Shown here: piece after piece, positions 61,200-64,000 of the stretch | How the letters are laid out: each line of letters begins with the position of its first letter | Numbering within the stretch: the stretch's first letter is position 1 | Origin: Nymphaea colorata | Lineage: Eukaryota | DNA length: 64,000 bases | Direction of reading: 5' to 3' | NCBI RefSeq assembly: GCF_008831285.2 | Contig: NC_045138.2 | Span: 10,912,001-10,976,000, forward strand | Notes under the pieces: model-generated | What the model saw: the letters and a program-made list of their open reading frames with translations, nothing else | Database searches by the model: none | What the model was told of the DNA's origin: nothing | Translations under genes and position numbers: made by a program

Positions 61200-64000
61200 G
61201 GAAACAATGACATGAATTGCCTAAGGAATTTGTCAAGTATGATGGAACCACCTACCCACACATTCATCTTTAAACATTTATTAATGATTGATACAAGATC
61301 CAGATAAAAAATAAAGCACTGTTTCGTTACTTCCCAAGGAGTCTTAAAGACATCACTGCACAATAGTACAAAGAAAATGTCAATGTAGTCGAATTGAAAG
61401 AATCCTGTGTAGTCTTCATAAAAAACAATGTGAAAAGGCTTGAGAATTGATTCAAAGGTGGAAAATTCAATGCAACAAGGTGAAAGAGCCTACCTCTGAA
61501 ACACAAGCTCTATCCCTTATCATGAAAAATCTTGCTCAACTAGTGACCAGTCTCATCCGCGACGCTCCAATCAAGACCTTCACAGATTTGATAGAAACAT
61601 GTAGATTCAATAGAAAAAGAAATTGGAGAAGATGATTTTGATGAAATTATTGCAACAAAATACACAAAAGAGGTTAACAATGGAGGTAAAGCCCAACTCT
61701 CTACCCACTTCATAGCAAATGCATGCATCCTAAAAGATGACAACAGCAATTATAAGTCGTAAGAAAAAAGGTGAACCCTAAGAACATGCAACCACCCAAA
61801 GGAAGCAAAGAAGGAAAGAATAAACATTGGGGCCGGAGAGTTTACTGCCCTCAATCAACCTTGCAAGAATATTCTAGAATATCTCATTGCCAAAGGAACT
61901 GTCTTCCTACCAAAAGTTCTAGAACCACCAAGAATGCTGAGCACTGACAAAAATAAACTTTGTAAGTTTCATCATGCCCCTGGTCATGACACTGGGGATT
62001 GTTTTGTCCTCAAGCATATAATTCCAAAATTCATCAACAAAAATCTCAAGATTGATGATGACAATACCCACAAAGTCCTAAAGAATCAACTTCCTGATCA
62101 AGGAAAGGCAACAATCGTAGTGGTGACTCCACTCTTGTAACACCCATAGAAGCATATCCAACCTTGTCATGAAGACGACTCATGCTAAGTCATGGTAACA
62201 AGGAAAGTAACCTCTAGATTTCATCAGTATGATGAATAACAAGACAAGAAATTCAGCAAGTAATCCCAACATGATTTTGAAGTCCTCTTTCTTGCAAGGT
62301 GATGGTAAGTCATGAAATAATTCTTTAAATAAAGATCCATGTTATATAGACAAAATAACCTCTTTAGAAAATTTCTTATTGAAGCAAACTAGATTCAGGC
62401 CTCCAAAAACCAGTCAATCATTTTCACAAAAAGAATCTTTTGGAAATGAGGATATTCTCACAAAGATGCATTATGTATCATCATCCAAGTCAATAACATA
62501 ACCATGCCACATCTGTTGATTGATAGAAGAAGCAACTTAAATATTTGCCCTTATCTCACAGCCAAGACTTTGGGCTTACATGAAGACAAATACTGCTCCA
62601 ATCAAACCATGATCTATGGATATGATGGTAGACGTATGTGCAACAAAGGAACCTTCATCATGGACATAATCATCAAATGCACCAGCTATTGTATTTCTTT
62701 CCATGTAGTGGACGTACCCCCACCATACAACTTGCTCTTGAGATGTCCATGGATCCATGAAGTATGAGGAATCTCATCCACTCTCCGCCAATATATCAAG
62801 TGGAATTATGGACCATTTGTTGTTACCATACATGCAGTGCACTTGGTCAAGAGGTGGGTACAACAATTGCTTGCTAGGCCAATTGTCTCCATGAATATAC
62901 CCAACATAAGAAAAAAAAAAGAAGCATCTTTAGAGGATTGTATGCTGAGCATGGAGATAGGAAAATCATCTTAAGGTGCCTACACTATTTCGAGCGGTCG
63001 TCTGAACTATAAAAAACATCCATTGTATGTCCATTTCATGACATTAACATCAGAGCCAACGAAAATACAAAGGTCCTTCAAATTGGCACTAAAGAACAAA
63101 GAAAAAAGTTGGTAGATTTCCTTCTAAGCCACCAAGAAGCTTTTGCATGGACCTATGAAGATATGTCAGGCCTAGACCCCATGATGGTTTAATATCATTT
63201 GTCTCTAAGTCCTAATTGCAAGCCAGTGAAACAAAAACTACGCAAGTTTGATCCTAGATCGAATGGACCCATAACATAAGCATTTGAGGATTTACTAAAG
63301 GCCAAATTTATCCATACCTTTGTTTATCCTGAATGGTTGGACAACATTGTGGTTGTTCCAAAGAAGAATGACAAAGTTAGGTTATATATTGACTTTCGAG
63401 ACCTGAACAAAGCCATACCAAAAGATGATTATTCTCTTCTAAACATCAATTTTTTTGTAGATGATATTGCAGGTCATGTTATGTTCTCTTTTATGGATAA
63501 ATATTTAGAGTACAACCAAATCAAATTGGTAATCAAGGTTCAGCCCAAAACCTCATTTATCATGCCTTGGGGCTCTTTTTGTAACACAATAATGCCATTC
63601 AAATTAAAGAATGTTGGCAACTTATCAAAGAGTTATGGCTGCCATCTTCCATGATCAAATGCACAAAACCATGGATGCATATATTGATGACATCTTAATC
63701 AAATCTAAAGCAAGAGATGATCACATTGGAACTCTTGCCCAAGTATTTGAGTGACTCTTACAATACAAGTTTCGTTGAATCCCAAAAAATGTGTACTCAG
63801 GGTTGAATCTGGTAAGCTCCTAAGGTTCATGATTAGAAAAAGGAGAATAGAGATAGATCTTACCAAATCTAAAGCAATCATTGATATGCCACCACCCACT
63901 AATATCAAAGAACTATAGAGTTTGCAAGGGCAAATTCAATCTATTAGATTATTCAACTCTAATTTAGCCATGAGATGTAATCCATTGAATTAGTTGCTAA
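61200..64000 (+). pseudogene. Tat/Ogre gag-pol pseudogene (gag, zinc knuckle, protease, RT)
   Basis: KEFVKYDGTTYPHIHL; ALFRYFPRSL; CKFHHAPGHDTGDCFVLK; LLIDRRSNLNICP..YNLLLRCPWIH; FAWTYEDMSGLDP; PVKQKLRKF; YPEWLDNIVVVPKKNDKVRLYIDFRDLNKAIPKDDY; YIDDILIKS. Many stops and frameshifts. Confidence 0.9.

Larger units (their letters stand above)
52655..64000 (+). mobile_element. Decayed Ty3/Gypsy Tat/Ogre-type LTR retrotransposon (5' LTR ~52655-56078, PBS, extra ORF1, gag-pol), running off the window
   Basis: LTR-like ends TAACATCCAAAG ... TTTGGGATGCAA, followed by a tRNA-Arg-type PBS-like sequence at 56081-56098, an ORF1 remnant and Tat/Ogre-type gag/PR/RT motifs. The LTR start is approximate. Confidence 0.72.

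Overview
Plant (angiosperm-type) nuclear DNA; the species cannot be determined from the sequence. Two intact, convergently transcribed multi-exon genes occupy the first 27 kb. One is an RPA-interacting protein (RPAIN/RIP) gene on + (243-7410, 6 exons). The other is a TlyA/hemolysin-A-family S4+FtsJ rRNA 2'-O-methyltransferase gene on - (26538-9630, 9 exons); its 12.4-kb intron 7 holds a Tekay/Del chromovirus LTR retrotransposon (TSD CATTA, internally deleted) inserted into an older Ty1/Copia remnant. The remaining ~37 kb is repeat-rich with no intact genes seen. It contains a ~385-bp hairpin-bearing tandem array, a full-length decayed hAT transposon carrying captured host gene fragments (mitoferrin-like, and a short kinase-like piece), a Ty3 integrase remnant, and a ~115-bp satellite in alternating orientations that brackets a decayed endogenous caulimovirid (pararetrovirus) segment. 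A large decayed Ogre/Tat-type retrotransposon with nested hAT MITEs runs off the right end. Coordinates, translations and family assignments were made by eye, without database searches.
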